Assembly: GCA_016781135.1 (NCBI GenBank)
Contig: JADDQY010000090.1
Span: 1-63,986, forward strand
Reading direction: 5' to 3'
Length of the DNA: 63,986 nt
Source: Actinomycetota bacterium
Lineage (GTDB): Bacteria > Actinomycetota > Acidimicrobiia > Acidimicrobiales > CADCSY01
The notes under the pieces are model-generated. The model did not search any database. It was given only the letters and a program-made list of their open reading frames with translations, and had not been told where the DNA came from. Within the stretch, counting starts at the first letter, position 1. Each line of letters starts with the position of its first letter. Shown in pieces: positions 27,255 to 37,549 of the stretch. Both the position numbers and the translations under genes were made by a program.

Positions 27255-28214
27255 TCAGCAGGTCGCAACCGCCTCGAGCACCCGGCCGAAGCGCTCGAGC
27301 ACGTCGGGTTCGAGGTCGAGGTCGGCGGCGGCGGCGTTGTCGTCGACGTGGCTGATCCGGGTGGCCCCCACGATCACGCTGGCGACGTCGGGCTGGCGCA
27401 GGCACCAGGCCAGGGCCAGCTGTGACAGGGTGCAACCGGCCTCCTCGGCCACGTGGCGGGCTCGGGCAACAGCGGCGAGGGTCTCCGGGGTCAGCCACGA
27501 GGCCATGAACTGGCGTCCGCGCCCAGCGGCCCGGCTGCCTTCGGGTACGTCGTCGGGGGTCTGGTACTTCCCGGTCAACACCCCCTGGGCGAGCGGCGAC
27601 CACACCACGTTGCCGATGCCGAGCTCGGTCGAGGCCGGCAGCACCGAGCGTTCAATGCGGCGCTGGAGGGCGCTGTACTGCGGCTGGTTGCTGATCGGCG
27701 GGGCCCAGTGCTCGGCTCGGCACAGCGCGACCACGTCGCGCAACTGGTCGGCCGACCACTCCGACGTGCCCCAGTAGACGATCTTGCCCTGACGCACCAG
27801 ATCGTCCATGACCCGACAGGTCTCCGCCAAGGGAATGTCGACATCGAAACGGTGGCACTGGTAGAGGTCGAGGTAGTCGACGCCCAGGCGTCGCAGCGAA
27901 TGATGGACCTGCTCCCACACGTGCTTGCGGGACAACCCCGAGTCGTTGGGGCCCTCCCCCATCGGGAAGTAGACCTTGCTGGCGAGCACGTAATCGTCGC
28001 GCCGTACGCCGGCCAGGGCCCGACCGAGCACCTGCTCGGCCCGACCGCGGGCGTAGACGTTGGCGGTGTCGAAGAAGTTGATCCCGAGCTCGAGGGCCCG
28101 GCGCACGCACGCCATCGCGATGTCCTCGGCAACCGTGCCGCCATAGGTGAGCCACGACCCGAGGCTCACCGCCGACACCTGGACCCCGGAGTTGCCCAAC
28201 CGGCGATAGCGCAT
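27255..28214 (-). CDS. Aldo/keto reductase
   Basis: MRYRRLG.SG..VS..SLGSW, FFDTANVY, DLYQCHR, WSPLAQG.LTGKY. Confidence 0.93.
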   Translation of the reverse strand: MRYRRLGNSGVQVSAVSLGSWLTYGGTVAEDIAMACVRRALELGINFFDTANVYARGRAEQVLGRALAGVRRDDYVLASKVYFPMGEGPNDSGLSRKHVWEQVHHSLRRLGVDYLDLYQCHRFDVDIPLAETCRVMDDLVRQGKIVYWGTSEWSADQLRDVVALCRAEHWAPPISNQPQYSALQRRIERSVLPASTELGIGNVVWSPLAQGVLTGKYQTPDDVPEGSRAAGRGRQFMASWLTPETLAAVARARHVAEEAGCTLSQLALAWCLRQPDVASVIVGATRISHVDDNAAAADLDLEPDVLERFGRVLEAVATC

Positions 28215-28403
28215 GCCTCCGCCTACCCGCCTCTCCCCCGAAGCGCACCGCCGTGCGTCGCCGTGGAGCCGGGGGGACCCGTCGGATGGAGGCCCGCCCG
28301 GCGGCAAGTGGGCGACCGAGCGTCGAGCACCAACCTGGTGACCAGGCGATGGCGACCTCAGGGGGTGGCTGGAACCCCAGGCCCGACCGGGGTAGCCCGG
28401 GGA

Positions 28404-29375
28404 TCAGCCTCCGAAGCCGTGCTCGGCCAGCCAACGGGCGGCAACCACGGCCGCGTCCTGCTCCTCGATGGTCATCTGGCGGTTGAGATCGGACAGCTCA
28501 GCGGTGGTGAGTTGGGCCGACACCCGGTCGAGACGCTCGACGAGCGTCGCGCCGTAACGCTCGACCATCTGACGGCGGGCCACCGGCACTACGTTCTCGG
28601 CGGGCTGGAGCGACCGGTCGTCGGCGAGCAGTACCAGGTCGCCAGCGGCCAGATGGCCGTCGGTGGTGAACAGCAGCCCCACGTCGATCTCGCCACCGCT
28701 GAGCGCCGCCCGGGTGCCACGCCCCCCGCTGTCGAGGGGGACGAAGCGCTCGAAGTCCAGGCCGTAGACGTTGCGCAACCCGATCAGGCAGTAGGGCCGC
28801 TCGCGACACTCCGGGGGGCCGCCGAAGACGAGCTCGCCGGCCACGGGGGCCAGGTCACTGATCGAGCGCAGGCCGAAGCGCTCGGCGGTGTCCCGACGCA
28901 CCACCACGCCGTTCTGGTTCTCTGCAGGGGCGAGCGACAACACGACCAGCTCCCGCTCGGCGAGCACGTCGGACAGGCGCTGGCGGGCCGAGGCGGCGTC
29001 GAGGGACGGCTCGGCGGCATCGGGCTCGAGGTAGGCGAGCGCCGATCCGAGGTACTCGGGCACCAGGTCGACCAGACCCTGCTCGAGGGCCGGCCCCATG
29101 ATCTCGCGAGGGCCGACGTGGAGCTGGCGGGCCACGGGTACCCCGACGTTCTCCATCGCCTGGGCGTACAGCTCGGCCAACAGCCCGCTTTCGGGGAAGT
29201 TGAACGAGCCGACGGTGACCGCGTCCGGCCGGACGGCGGCCTCCGGAGAGCGCTCCGGGCCCCTCGGCCCGCAGCCGGCAGCGGCCACCACCAGCACCAC
29301 CACGGCGGCTGCCAGCGAGGACCACGACCCGCGCCGACGGCGGCCGGCCCAGACCCTCGCCGCCCGTGCGCTCAG
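28404..29375 (-). CDS. ABC substrate-binding lipoprotein, glycine-betaine/OsmF family (probable CTG start)
   Basis: Lipobox AAGC, VTVGSFNFPES.LLAELY, PEY.GS, LADD..LQPAENVVP. GAGGAGG lies 6 nt upstream of CTG 29375. Confidence 0.85.
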   Translation of the reverse strand: MSARAARVWAGRRRRGSWSSLAAAVVVLVVAAAGCGPRGPERSPEAAVRPDAVTVGSFNFPESGLLAELYAQAMENVGVPVARQLHVGPREIMGPALEQGLVDLVPEYLGSALAYLEPDAAEPSLDAASARQRLSDVLAERELVVLSLAPAENQNGVVVRRDTAERFGLRSISDLAPVAGELVFGGPPECRERPYCLIGLRNVYGLDFERFVPLDSGGRGTRAALSGGEIDVGLLFTTDGHLAAGDLVLLADDRSLQPAENVVPVARRQMVERYGATLVERLDRVSAQLTTAELSDLNRQMTIEEQDAAVVAARWLAEHGFGG

Positions 29376-29469
29376 GTGCGACCTCCTCGTCGGCTGGCCC
29401 CGGAAGCGTCGGACCAGGGTCCTCTCCGACCGGTACCATACCGGCCGAACCGACCCCGGCGGGTGAGGC

Positions 29470-31182
29470 ATGACGACAGTGCAAGGCCATTCGAGCAGTG
29501 CGACTGGCAGCGCGACCGCCGGCCTGGCCGTCGTCTCCCGAACGGGACGGCGCCGGCGGCCCTCGGGCGAGGCACCGCCGCTGCCCCACCCCATCAACGC
29601 CAGCGGATGGTTCTCCCTCAGCGTGGCTGCCGCCATCGCCCTGGTGTGGCTGCTGCTGTACCTCGGCACCGGCACCAGCCCGGTGCGGGCGGTGGTCAGG
29701 GCAGACATCGCCGTCCTGCAGTGGATCGAGCAGCAGCGCACCGACGCCCTCACCGCGGTCATGCTCGATCTGCACGCGCTCGGGTCCCACTGGCTGGTGC
29801 GGGCGCTGCGGTGGGGCACGTTGCTGGCGCTACTCGTGCTGCGCCGGTTCCGTCACCTGGCGGTGTTCCTCGGCCTCATCCTGGCCGTGGCCGCAGTCAC
29901 CGCCACCAGCTCGCTCGCCGTGGGCCGGCTCCGTCCCGTCGGCGTGGAGATCCTCGGCTCCTGGGACGGCTACTCCCACCCGTCGGCGCCGGTGGCGGCG
30001 CTGGGCCTGAGCCTCATGGGCGCGCTGTACACGCTGGTGCCCGGGGGGACGTGGCGCAACCGGGCGAAGTGGCTGGTGGCGGCCCCGGTGGCGGTCCTGT
30101 CGGTGGCCCGGCTCTACCTCGCCGTCGACCACCCGAGCGACGTCCTCGTGGGCGCCGTGCTCGGCATGGCCGTGCCCGTCGTCGCCTTCCGCGTGCTGAC
30201 CCCAAACCAGATCTTTCCTGTCTCCTACCGCCGGGGGCGTACCGCCCACCTCGACATCGGCGGGCGCCGGGGCGAGGCCATCGCCTTGGCCCTGTACCAG
30301 CAACTCGGGCTCACCCTGGTCGACGTGCAGCCGTTCCACCTCGAGGGCTCGGCCGGGTCCACGCCGCTGCTACTGCGGGTCTGCCGGGGCGGTGACGGCG
30401 AGGAAGCCCAGCTGTTCGGCAAGCTCTACGCCGGGGCCCATCTGCGGTCGGACCGCTGGTACAAGCTCGGACGGGCCATCCTCTACGGCCGACTGGAGGA
30501 CGAGGGGACCTTTTCCAGCGTACGGCGGCTGGTCGAGTACGAGGACTACCTGTTGCGGGTGATGGGCGACGCCGGGCTTCCGGTGCCGTTGTCGTACGGG
30601 TTCGTCGAGATCACCCCCGAGCGGGAGTACCTGTTGGTCACCGAGTTCCTGGCCGGAGCGGTGGAGCTCGACGCCGCCGAGGTCGACGACGGGGTGATCG
30701 ACAGCGGCCTCGCCGTGGTGCGCCGGATGTGGGACGCCGGCCTCGCCCACCGCGACATCAAGCCGGCCAACGTGTTGGTGCGGGGCGGGAAGGTGCTGCT
30801 GATCGACCTCGCCTTCGCCACCGTCCGCCCGTCGCCGTGGCGCCAAGCCGTCGACCTCACCAACATGATGCTCACCCTGGCCCTGCGCAGCAGTCCCGAG
30901 CAGGTCTACGAGCGGGCGCTGCTGCTGTTCTCCCCCGACGACATCGCCGAGGCACTGGCCGCCAGCCGCAGCGTCACCATCCCCTCCCAGTTGCGTCACC
31001 GCCTGGCCAGCGACGGCCGCAACCTCCTTGGTCGCCTGTGCCAGCTGGCGCCCCAGCGTCCTCCCATCTCCATCCAGCGCTGGAGCATCCGCCGCATCGG
31101 GCTCGCCCTCGGCGTCGTCGGCGCGGTGGCGTTCGGGCTCGGGTTGCTGGCGATCAGCCTCCACACCACCGGGATGTTGTGA
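29470..31182 (+). CDS. Membrane PAP2-like domain / protein-kinase-like fusion
   Basis: TM region with R.RP..SHPS..ARLYLAVDHPSDV. Cytoplasmic FGKLY, HRDIKPANVL, LIDLAF. Confidence 0.8.
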   Translation: MTTVQGHSSSATGSATAGLAVVSRTGRRRRPSGEAPPLPHPINASGWFSLSVAAAIALVWLLLYLGTGTSPVRAVVRADIAVLQWIEQQRTDALTAVMLDLHALGSHWLVRALRWGTLLALLVLRRFRHLAVFLGLILAVAAVTATSSLAVGRLRPVGVEILGSWDGYSHPSAPVAALGLSLMGALYTLVPGGTWRNRAKWLVAAPVAVLSVARLYLAVDHPSDVLVGAVLGMAVPVVAFRVLTPNQIFPVSYRRGRTAHLDIGGRRGEAIALALYQQLGLTLVDVQPFHLEGSAGSTPLLLRVCRGGDGEEAQLFGKLYAGAHLRSDRWYKLGRAILYGRLEDEGTFSSVRRLVEYEDYLLRVMGDAGLPVPLSYGFVEITPEREYLLVTEFLAGAVELDAAEVDDGVIDSGLAVVRRMWDAGLAHRDIKPANVLVRGGKVLLIDLAFATVRPSPWRQAVDLTNMMLTLALRSSPEQVYERALLLFSPDDIAEALAASRSVTIPSQLRHRLASDGRNLLGRLCQLAPQRPPISIQRWSIRRIGLALGVVGAVAFGLGLLAISLHTTGML

Positions 31183-31799
31183 CGCCGGCCGCCAGCCCGG
31201 TACGCGGCGGCACCGAGCTCGCCGAGCGGGGACGACCGGTGCACGTGTTCGACCCCAGGCTCCTGGCCGGCCTCACGCTGCTGGCGGCGGCGCTCGCCGG
31301 CGGCTGCGCCCGGCCGGCGACCACCATGCCCGGTTGCGAGCCGGGCGGGCGGCTCGGGATCCTCGCCCAGGCCGTGCCCACGGCGTCCCGCGTGCCGTGC
31401 CTCAAGGAGATGCCGGTGGGGTGGAACTTCGACGCCCTCGACGTCGACAGCGAGAGAGCGCGCTTCTGGCTCGACTCGGACCGTGCCGGGGTCCGGGCCG
31501 CCGAGGTGGAGCTGTCGTCCACCTGCGACGTCGGGGGGGCCACCCCCGTCGCCGTCGAGGAGGAGGCCACCCGGCGCTACCAACGCCTGACCTCGCTGTC
31601 GCCCCGCTTCGTCGGCACCACCTACGACGTCTTCGACGGCGGGTGCGTCACCTACCGCTACGACCTCGTCAACGGTCCGCACATCGTGCTCTATCAAGAG
31701 CTGCACGAGGCGGTGTCGCTCTTCTCGCGCCACGGGCTGGCCGAGGACGTGCGGGCCGACCTCGGCGTCGACCTCGATCCGAAGGGACGTCGGCGATGA
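31179..31799 (+). CDS. Putative lipoprotein, unknown function
   Basis: LLAGLTLLAAALAGGC lipobox, QAVPTA..VPCL..MP.GW. It overlaps both neighbours; start uncertain. Confidence 0.7.
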   Translation: MTPAASPVRGGTELAERGRPVHVFDPRLLAGLTLLAAALAGGCARPATTMPGCEPGGRLGILAQAVPTASRVPCLKEMPVGWNFDALDVDSERARFWLDSDRAGVRAAEVELSSTCDVGGATPVAVEEEATRRYQRLTSLSPRFVGTTYDVFDGGCVTYRYDLVNGPHIVLYQELHEAVSLFSRHGLAEDVRADLGVDLDPKGRRR

Positions 31800-32515
31800 T
31801 GTTCCGCGACCACCGCCGGGCGGTGGAGATCGCCGCCGGCTCCGTCGTGGCCACGGTGGTGCTCATGCTGATGGTGGCCTTCGACGCCACCCGAGCGGCG
31901 ATCCAGCCCCTCGACGACGCCTGGCTCGACGCCATGGACGCCATCCAGTTCCCGCCCTTGGTGGCCCTGGCCGAGGTGCTCGACGTGGCCGGGAGCGCCT
32001 GGGTCACCGCCCCGCTGCGCCTAGCGGTCGCCCTCTGGCTGCTGAAGCGACGCCGGTGGGCCCACTTCGGAGCCCTGGCCCTGGCCGTCGCCGTCTCCGA
32101 GGTCGGCATCGGCCTGCTCAAGGGCGCCATCGCCCGACCCCGCCCCCCGGGAGGGCTGGTGCAGACCACTGGCTTCTCCTTCCCCTCGGGCCACGCCACG
32201 GCGTCGGCGGTGACCGCCATCACCCTGGTGGTCGTGTTGCTTCCCCCGGGTCCGGCGCGCTGGCGATGGGAGCTGCGGGCCGGTCTGTTCGTGTTCGCCA
32301 TGGCCCTGAGCCGGACCTACCTCAACGCCCACTGGCTGTCCGACGCCGTTGCCGGCACCCTGTTCGGCACCGCCGCCGTGCTGGCCGCGGTGGTCACCGT
32401 GATCGGGCTGCGCAACCGGCTGCGGCCCCGGTTCGCCCATGCCCCTACGGGCCGACCCCCGCCATCTCCGTGGGGTGCTTCCAGCTCGCCCGGCGACGCC
32501 ACACCAGATAGGTGA
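31796..32515 (+). CDS. PAP2-family phosphatase
   Basis: K..IARPRP, SFPSGH, SRTYLNAHWLSD. Confidence 0.92.
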   Translation: MMFRDHRRAVEIAAGSVVATVVLMLMVAFDATRAAIQPLDDAWLDAMDAIQFPPLVALAEVLDVAGSAWVTAPLRLAVALWLLKRRRWAHFGALALAVAVSEVGIGLLKGAIARPRPPGGLVQTTGFSFPSGHATASAVTAITLVVVLLPPGPARWRWELRAGLFVFAMALSRTYLNAHWLSDAVAGTLFGTAAVLAAVVTVIGLRNRLRPRFAHAPTGRPPPSPWGASSSPGDATPDR

Positions 32516-33512
32516 GCGCACCGAGCGGGATCGGCAGCAGGTAGGTCAGCGCGCGGTACACCAGCACGGCAGCGACCACCGCTTCACGGTCACCGCCGGC
32601 CACCGCCAGCGCCGCGGTCAGCCCGAGCTCGACGACGCCCAGCCCTCCGGGGGTGATGGGCAGCGCCGAGAGCAGGCGGACGAAAGCGAACGCGCCGAGG
32701 GCCTCGGCCCAGGTCACCTCGGTGGCGGCGACGCCCACGTGGCGCAGCACCACGAGCAGCACGAGGTACAGCGACAAGTGGCTCACCACGGTGCTGGCGG
32801 TGAGGGCCAGCCACCGCGCCCGCAACACGTCGATGGTCTGGGTCCGGAAGCGCACGGCGGCCTCGCCCCAGTCCCCCACCGCAGGGCGCCCGGCCAGACG
32901 CCGGAGCCGCGAGGCCAACGTCCCCAGCGACAGGCCGATCCGCCGGGCCAGGGGGTCGCTGCGCAACAGCAGGCCGAAGACGGCCACGGCCACCACGATC
33001 ATGCCCACCCCGGCCAGGGCGGCCATGACCAGGGCGGCGGTGGCGTCGCCCTGGACCACCAGCAGGGCCAGGGCGAGCAGGGGCATGCCCACCTTGGCGA
33101 ACGTGTTCCAGATGCCCGAGAGCAGCAGCGACAGCGTCACCGCCGAGCGCGGGAACCCCCAGGAGGAGTAGATGGCGTAGCTGAGCCCGATGCCGGCGGC
33201 GGCACCGGCCGGCACCGAGTTGGCCAACGCTGTCGACGACTGGCTGGCCACCGCCGCCTGCCAGGGACGCAGTCCGGGAAGCACGCTGACCTGGACCAGC
33301 CAGTAGCTGACCAGGTTCCAGCCGGCCACGGCCAGGGCGCTGGTCAGCTCCAGGCCGGTCATGTCCGCCACCGTCGCCCACACCTCGGAGAGATCGGCGA
33401 CCCGAGGCAGCACCCCGACGAACACGGCCACGACCACCGCCAACGACATGGCGGTCCGCAGCGCCTGGCGCCGAGGGGCGTCCCCCGCAGCCGGCGGGTC
33501 GGAATCGACCAT
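32445..33512 (-). CDS. YbhN / lysylphosphatidylglycerol-synthase TM-domain (flippase-like) protein
   Basis: Multi-TM; ANSVPAG, PITPGGLGVVE, AAVLVYR.LTY. Confidence 0.85.
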   Translation of the reverse strand: MVDSDPPAAGDAPRRQALRTAMSLAVVVAVFVGVLPRVADLSEVWATVADMTGLELTSALAVAGWNLVSYWLVQVSVLPGLRPWQAAVASQSSTALANSVPAGAAAGIGLSYAIYSSWGFPRSAVTLSLLLSGIWNTFAKVGMPLLALALLVVQGDATAALVMAALAGVGMIVVAVAVFGLLLRSDPLARRIGLSLGTLASRLRRLAGRPAVGDWGEAAVRFRTQTIDVLRARWLALTASTVVSHLSLYLVLLVVLRHVGVAATEVTWAEALGAFAFVRLLSALPITPGGLGVVELGLTAALAVAGGDREAVVAAVLVYRALTYLLPIPLGALTYLVWRRRASWKHPTEMAGVGP

Positions 33513-33606
33513 GGCCACTACTTCAGCACGTTCCTGTTCGGCTTCGAGACCCCGAACAAGGCTGGCGTAGTGTACGAACGCTCTCCTCAGACGGGACGAG
33601 CGGAGA

Positions 33607-34262
33607 ATGGACCGTGCCGTGCAGCTCCCCCACACCTCAGCGCCCCACCCCCGCCGGCGACGCGACCTCGCCCTGATGCTCGTCGGTGCTGCGGTGCTGG
33701 TGCTGTGCACGCTGGCCGTCGACCCGCTGGCGGTGAGCACGACGGAGGTCTCGGCCCTTCGGGCAGTCAACGACGTCCCCGAGGTGCCGTTCGCCCTGGC
33801 GTGGGCCCCGATGCAGCTCGGCAGCCTCGCCGCCGTACCCGCTGCGGCACTCGTCGCCGTCGCCGCCCGACGGTGGCGCCTCGGCGGCGGCCTGGCCGCC
33901 GCCGGCATCCTGGCGTGGCTGCTCGCCAAGCTCGTCAAGAGCGTGGTGGAGCGGGGTCGACCAGGTGCGCTGGTCGAGGGTGTCATCCTCCGTGACGCCC
34001 CGTCGGCGGCCTCGGGTTCGTCTCCGGCCACGTCGCCGTGGCCACCGCCCTGGCCATCGCCGCCTGGCCCTACCTCGCGCTGCCGGCGCGTTGGGCCGTC
34101 GTCGTGCTGGCGGCGCTGGTGGGGGTGCTGCGGATGTACGTGGGTGCCCACCTCCCCCTCGACGTCGTGGGCGGGGCTTCCCTCGGCCTGGCGACCGGCG
34201 CCGCCGCCCACCTCGTGCTCGGCCGGCCGGCACTGGCCCCCACCGAAGGAGGCAAGGCGTGA
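33607..34262 (+). pseudogene. PAP2-family phosphatase, frameshift near 34005
   Basis: K.VVERGRP in one frame; GLGFVSGHVAVATA..RMYVGAHLPLDVVGG in another. Confidence 0.75.
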
Positions 34263-35532
34263 CCCCGCAGCGGGTGGTCATCGTCGGAGGTGGCTTCGGC
34301 GGGCTGAAGCTGGCGCAGGCCCTGGCCGAGGACCCCGTCGAGGTCACCCTCGTCGATCGGCAACTTCCACCTCTTCCAGCCCCTGCTCTACCAGGTGGCC
34401 ACGGCCATGCTCGAGCCCGGAGCCATCGCCCGCTCGTTGCAGGCCATCCTCCAGGACCAGGACAACGTGGTGGTGCGCCTGGCCGACGTGGTGGGGGTCG
34501 ACTGGGCGGCCCGAGCGGTGCTGACCGCTGAGGGCGACCCGATCCCGTTCGACACCCTGGTGCTCGCCGCCGGCGCGGTGACCAGCGACTACGGGATCGA
34601 AGGGGTGGAGGAGCACGCCTTCCCCCTCGAGTCGCCCGACGAGGCCCTGCAGCTCCGCTCCCACGTGCTGGCGTGCTTCGAGCAGGCCGACGCCCACCCC
34701 GAGCTCGTCGAGGCCGGGATCTTGACGTTCGTGGTGGTGGGCGGGGGCCCCACCGGCGTGGAGCTGGCCGGAGCGCTCATCGAGCTGATCGATCGCGTCC
34801 TCCGCAAGGACTTCCCGCGGGTGGACGTGGAGCGGGCGCGGGTGGTGCTGTGGAGGCCACCGGCCACCTCCTCGGCGCCTTCGGCGCCAAGTCCCAGCGC
34901 AACGCCTACGAGACCCTGCGGTCCCGGGGCATCGAGGTGCGACTCCACGCGAAGGTGGTGGCGGCCAGCGCCACCGCCGTCGACCTCGGTGACGACGTCA
35001 TCCCCACCCGCACCCTCGTGTGGACCGCGGGCGTACGGGCCAACCCCCTGGCCGACGCCCTCGGGCTGGTGCAGACCAGTGGCGGGCGGATCGTGGTCAA
35101 CGACGACCTGAGCGTCCCCGGCCATCCCGACGTCTACGTCATCGGCGACCTGGCTGCGGGCCGCGAACCCGACGGGGACCTGCACCCCCAGATGGCTCAG
35201 GTGGCACAGCAGGGGGCCACGCGCGTCGCCGCCAGCTCCGCCGCCGGCGCCACGGTCTCGCTCCCACCCCGTTCAGGTACGAGAACAAGGGGATCATGGC
35301 CACCATCGGCCGAAACGCCGCCGTGGTGGGAGGTGCCGGGAGGGCTGCCCCTCGGGGGCCGTCTGGCCTGGGTGATGTGGCTCGCCCTGCACCTCCAGCG
35401 CCTGGTGGGCTTCCGGAACCGCGGGAGGTGCTCAGCCAGTGGGCGTGGAACTACGTCTCCTACGATCGCACCGCCCGCCTCATGGTCGAGGCCGCCGACG
35501 ACCTCCCCGCCCGTCCTGGCGCCGGGGTCTAG
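34259..35532 (+). pseudogene. ndh: Type II NADH dehydrogenase (NDH-2), multiple frameshifts
   Basis: VVIVGGGFGG, HLFQPLLYQVAT, VVVGGGPTGVELAG, VWTAGV, YVIGD, G.MATIGR, LVGFRNR are spread over all three frames. Confidence 0.85.
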
Positions 35533-35559
35533 GGCGTAGGCTGCCGGCACCGGCGGCGG

Positions 35560-35915
35560 CCAGCCAACCGTCACCAAGAGCTCCACGCGTGCCCCCGGCC
35601 CTGACCCGGCAGCCGGTTGAGCGACGTTGTCGAGCACGTCGAGGTGAGGGAACAGCAGGTAGTTCTGGAACAAGTAGCCGATCGACCGCTGCTCGGGGGG
35701 CACCCGCCGCGAGACCGCCGGGTCGTCGAGCACCTGCCGTCGAGCACGACCCGTCCGCCCGACAGCGGGACCAGCCCGGCGAGGGCCCGCAGCAAGGTGG
35801 TCTTGCCCGCCTCGTTCGCCCCGACCAGGGCGACGGGCTCCCCGGCGGCCGCCTCGACGCGGGCGTCGAGCTCCAGGTTGCCGACGGCGAGCCGGACCTC
35901 CGCCGACAGGCTCAC
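35560..35915 (-). pseudogene. modC: Molybdate ABC ATPase, frameshifted and truncated
   Basis: Walker A GANEAGKTT, then R.IGYLFQ.Y.LFPHL.V.DNVA in another frame. No ABC signature or Walker B follows. Confidence 0.75.
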
Positions 35916-36718
35916 CGCAGCACCCACCACCGGTGGCGCAGCACCACCAGCACCACGAGCGAGAGCGCCACCAGCACCAGGCTGAGGGCGACGGCGGCGT
36001 CGCGGTCGCTCTCCAGCGCACCGAAGACGGCGAGGGGAAGGGTCTGGGTCCGGCCCTGGAGGTTGCCGGCAAAGGTGATGGTCGCCCCGAACTCGCCCAG
36101 TGCCCGGGCCCAGCACAGCAGCGCTCCGGCGGCGATGCCGGGCGCCACCAGGGGGAGGGTGATCCGGCGGAACGCGGTCCACGGGCTGGCGCCCAACGTC
36201 GCTGCCACCTCCTCGTAACGCCGGTCGGCGCCTCGCAGCGCCGCCTCGACGGTGATGACGAGGAAGGGCATGGCGACGAAGGTCTGGGCGACCACCACCC
36301 CCGCGGTGGAGAAGGGAAGCAGAACCCCGAGCTGGGCGTCGAGCCACTGACCGACGAGCCCTCGTCGGCCGAGGGCGAACAGGAGCGCTACCCCTCCCAC
36401 CACCGGCGGGAGCACCATCGGCAGGGTCACCAGGGCCCTCACCAGCGAGCGTCCCGGGAACTCGACTCGAGCCAGCACCCAGGCCAGGGGCACGCCCAAT
36501 AGCAACGACACACCCGTGGTGGCCGCGGCGGTGACCATCGAGAGCCGGAGGGCGTCGGCCACGGCCGGGCGGACGAGCAGTGAGCCGAGCTCGCGCCAGG
36601 GGGCCCGCTGTGCCAGCGCCAGCAACGGCAGGGCCACGAACGCCACCGCGCTGGCGGCCAGGACGACGAGGGCCAGCGGCGGGCGAGAGGTTCCCCGCCT
36701 GGGCACCGGCCCCGTCAC
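35912..36718 (-). CDS. modB: Molybdate ABC permease
   Basis: LPMVLPPVVGG, FVAMPF, RALGEFGATITFAGN..G.TQTLPL. Confidence 0.93.
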   Translation of the reverse strand: MTGPVPRRGTSRPPLALVVLAASAVAFVALPLLALAQRAPWRELGSLLVRPAVADALRLSMVTAAATTGVSLLLGVPLAWVLARVEFPGRSLVRALVTLPMVLPPVVGGVALLFALGRRGLVGQWLDAQLGVLLPFSTAGVVVAQTFVAMPFLVITVEAALRGADRRYEEVAATLGASPWTAFRRITLPLVAPGIAAGALLCWARALGEFGATITFAGNLQGRTQTLPLAVFGALESDRDAAVALSLVLVALSLVVLVVLRHRWWVLR

Positions 36719-36724
36719 CTCACG

Positions 36725-37549
36725 TCACCGGGCGAGGAGCCCGTGACCGGTCAGGATCCGTTGCCCCTCACCAGAGCGCACGAAGGCCACGAAGGCCTGG
36801 GCCTCCTCCCGAGCGGTCGCTCCCGCCAACGCCACGATCGGGTAGGAGGCCAATACCTCGGCGGCCCCGGCGACCTCGATGCCCTCCACCGCACCTTCGC
36901 CCGCCATCACGTCGCTGCGGTAGACCAGGCCGGCGTCGAGCTCACCCGCCTCGATCTTGGTGAGCAGTGATCGCACATCGGCCTCGTTGGTGTCGATCGC
37001 CGGTGCCACGCTCGCCCGGTGGAGGAGGCGCCGGCCGATCCGCCCGCACGGGACCTCCTCAGCGCACGCGCCGATGAGCAGTTCGGGCCGGGCGAAGTCG
37101 CCCAAGCCCGTGACCCCGCCGGGGTTGCCCACCGGCACGGCGATCTCCATCGAGTTGTGGGCGAACACCTGCGGAGCTGCGCTGGCCTCGCCCGCCGCCA
37201 CCACCGCGTCGGCGGCCGCCTGGTCGGCCACGGCGAGGATGTCGCCGGGCGCGCCCTGCAGCACCTGGGTGGCGAGGCCCGAGCTGGCGCCGAAGTTGAA
37301 CCGCACCTGCACCTCGGGGTGCTCGGCCGAGAACGCCTCGCCCATCTCGGTGAAGGCGTCGGTGAGCGACGCCGCCGCCAACACGGTGATCGTCACCGGC
37401 TTCTCGACGGCACCGCCGGCACAGCTCACGCCCAGCACCGCAGCGAGGCCGGCGGTGAGCGCTGCCCGCAGCGGGCACGCCGCCGACTTCGTCTGGCGGC
37501 GGCTCGGGCCGCGCCTGTGCCTCCCGGCGCCGCCTCCCACCCGCGTCAT
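36725..37549 (-). CDS. modA: Molybdate-binding lipoprotein
   Basis: AAASLTDAF, FGASS.LA.Q, VPCG, DAGLVY.SD. Confidence 0.93.
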   Translation of the reverse strand: MTRVGGGAGRHRRGPSRRQTKSAACPLRAALTAGLAAVLGVSCAGGAVEKPVTITVLAAASLTDAFTEMGEAFSAEHPEVQVRFNFGASSGLATQVLQGAPGDILAVADQAAADAVVAAGEASAAPQVFAHNSMEIAVPVGNPGGVTGLGDFARPELLIGACAEEVPCGRIGRRLLHRASVAPAIDTNEADVRSLLTKIEAGELDAGLVYRSDVMAGEGAVEGIEVAGAAEVLASYPIVALAGATAREEAQAFVAFVRSGEGQRILTGHGLLAR

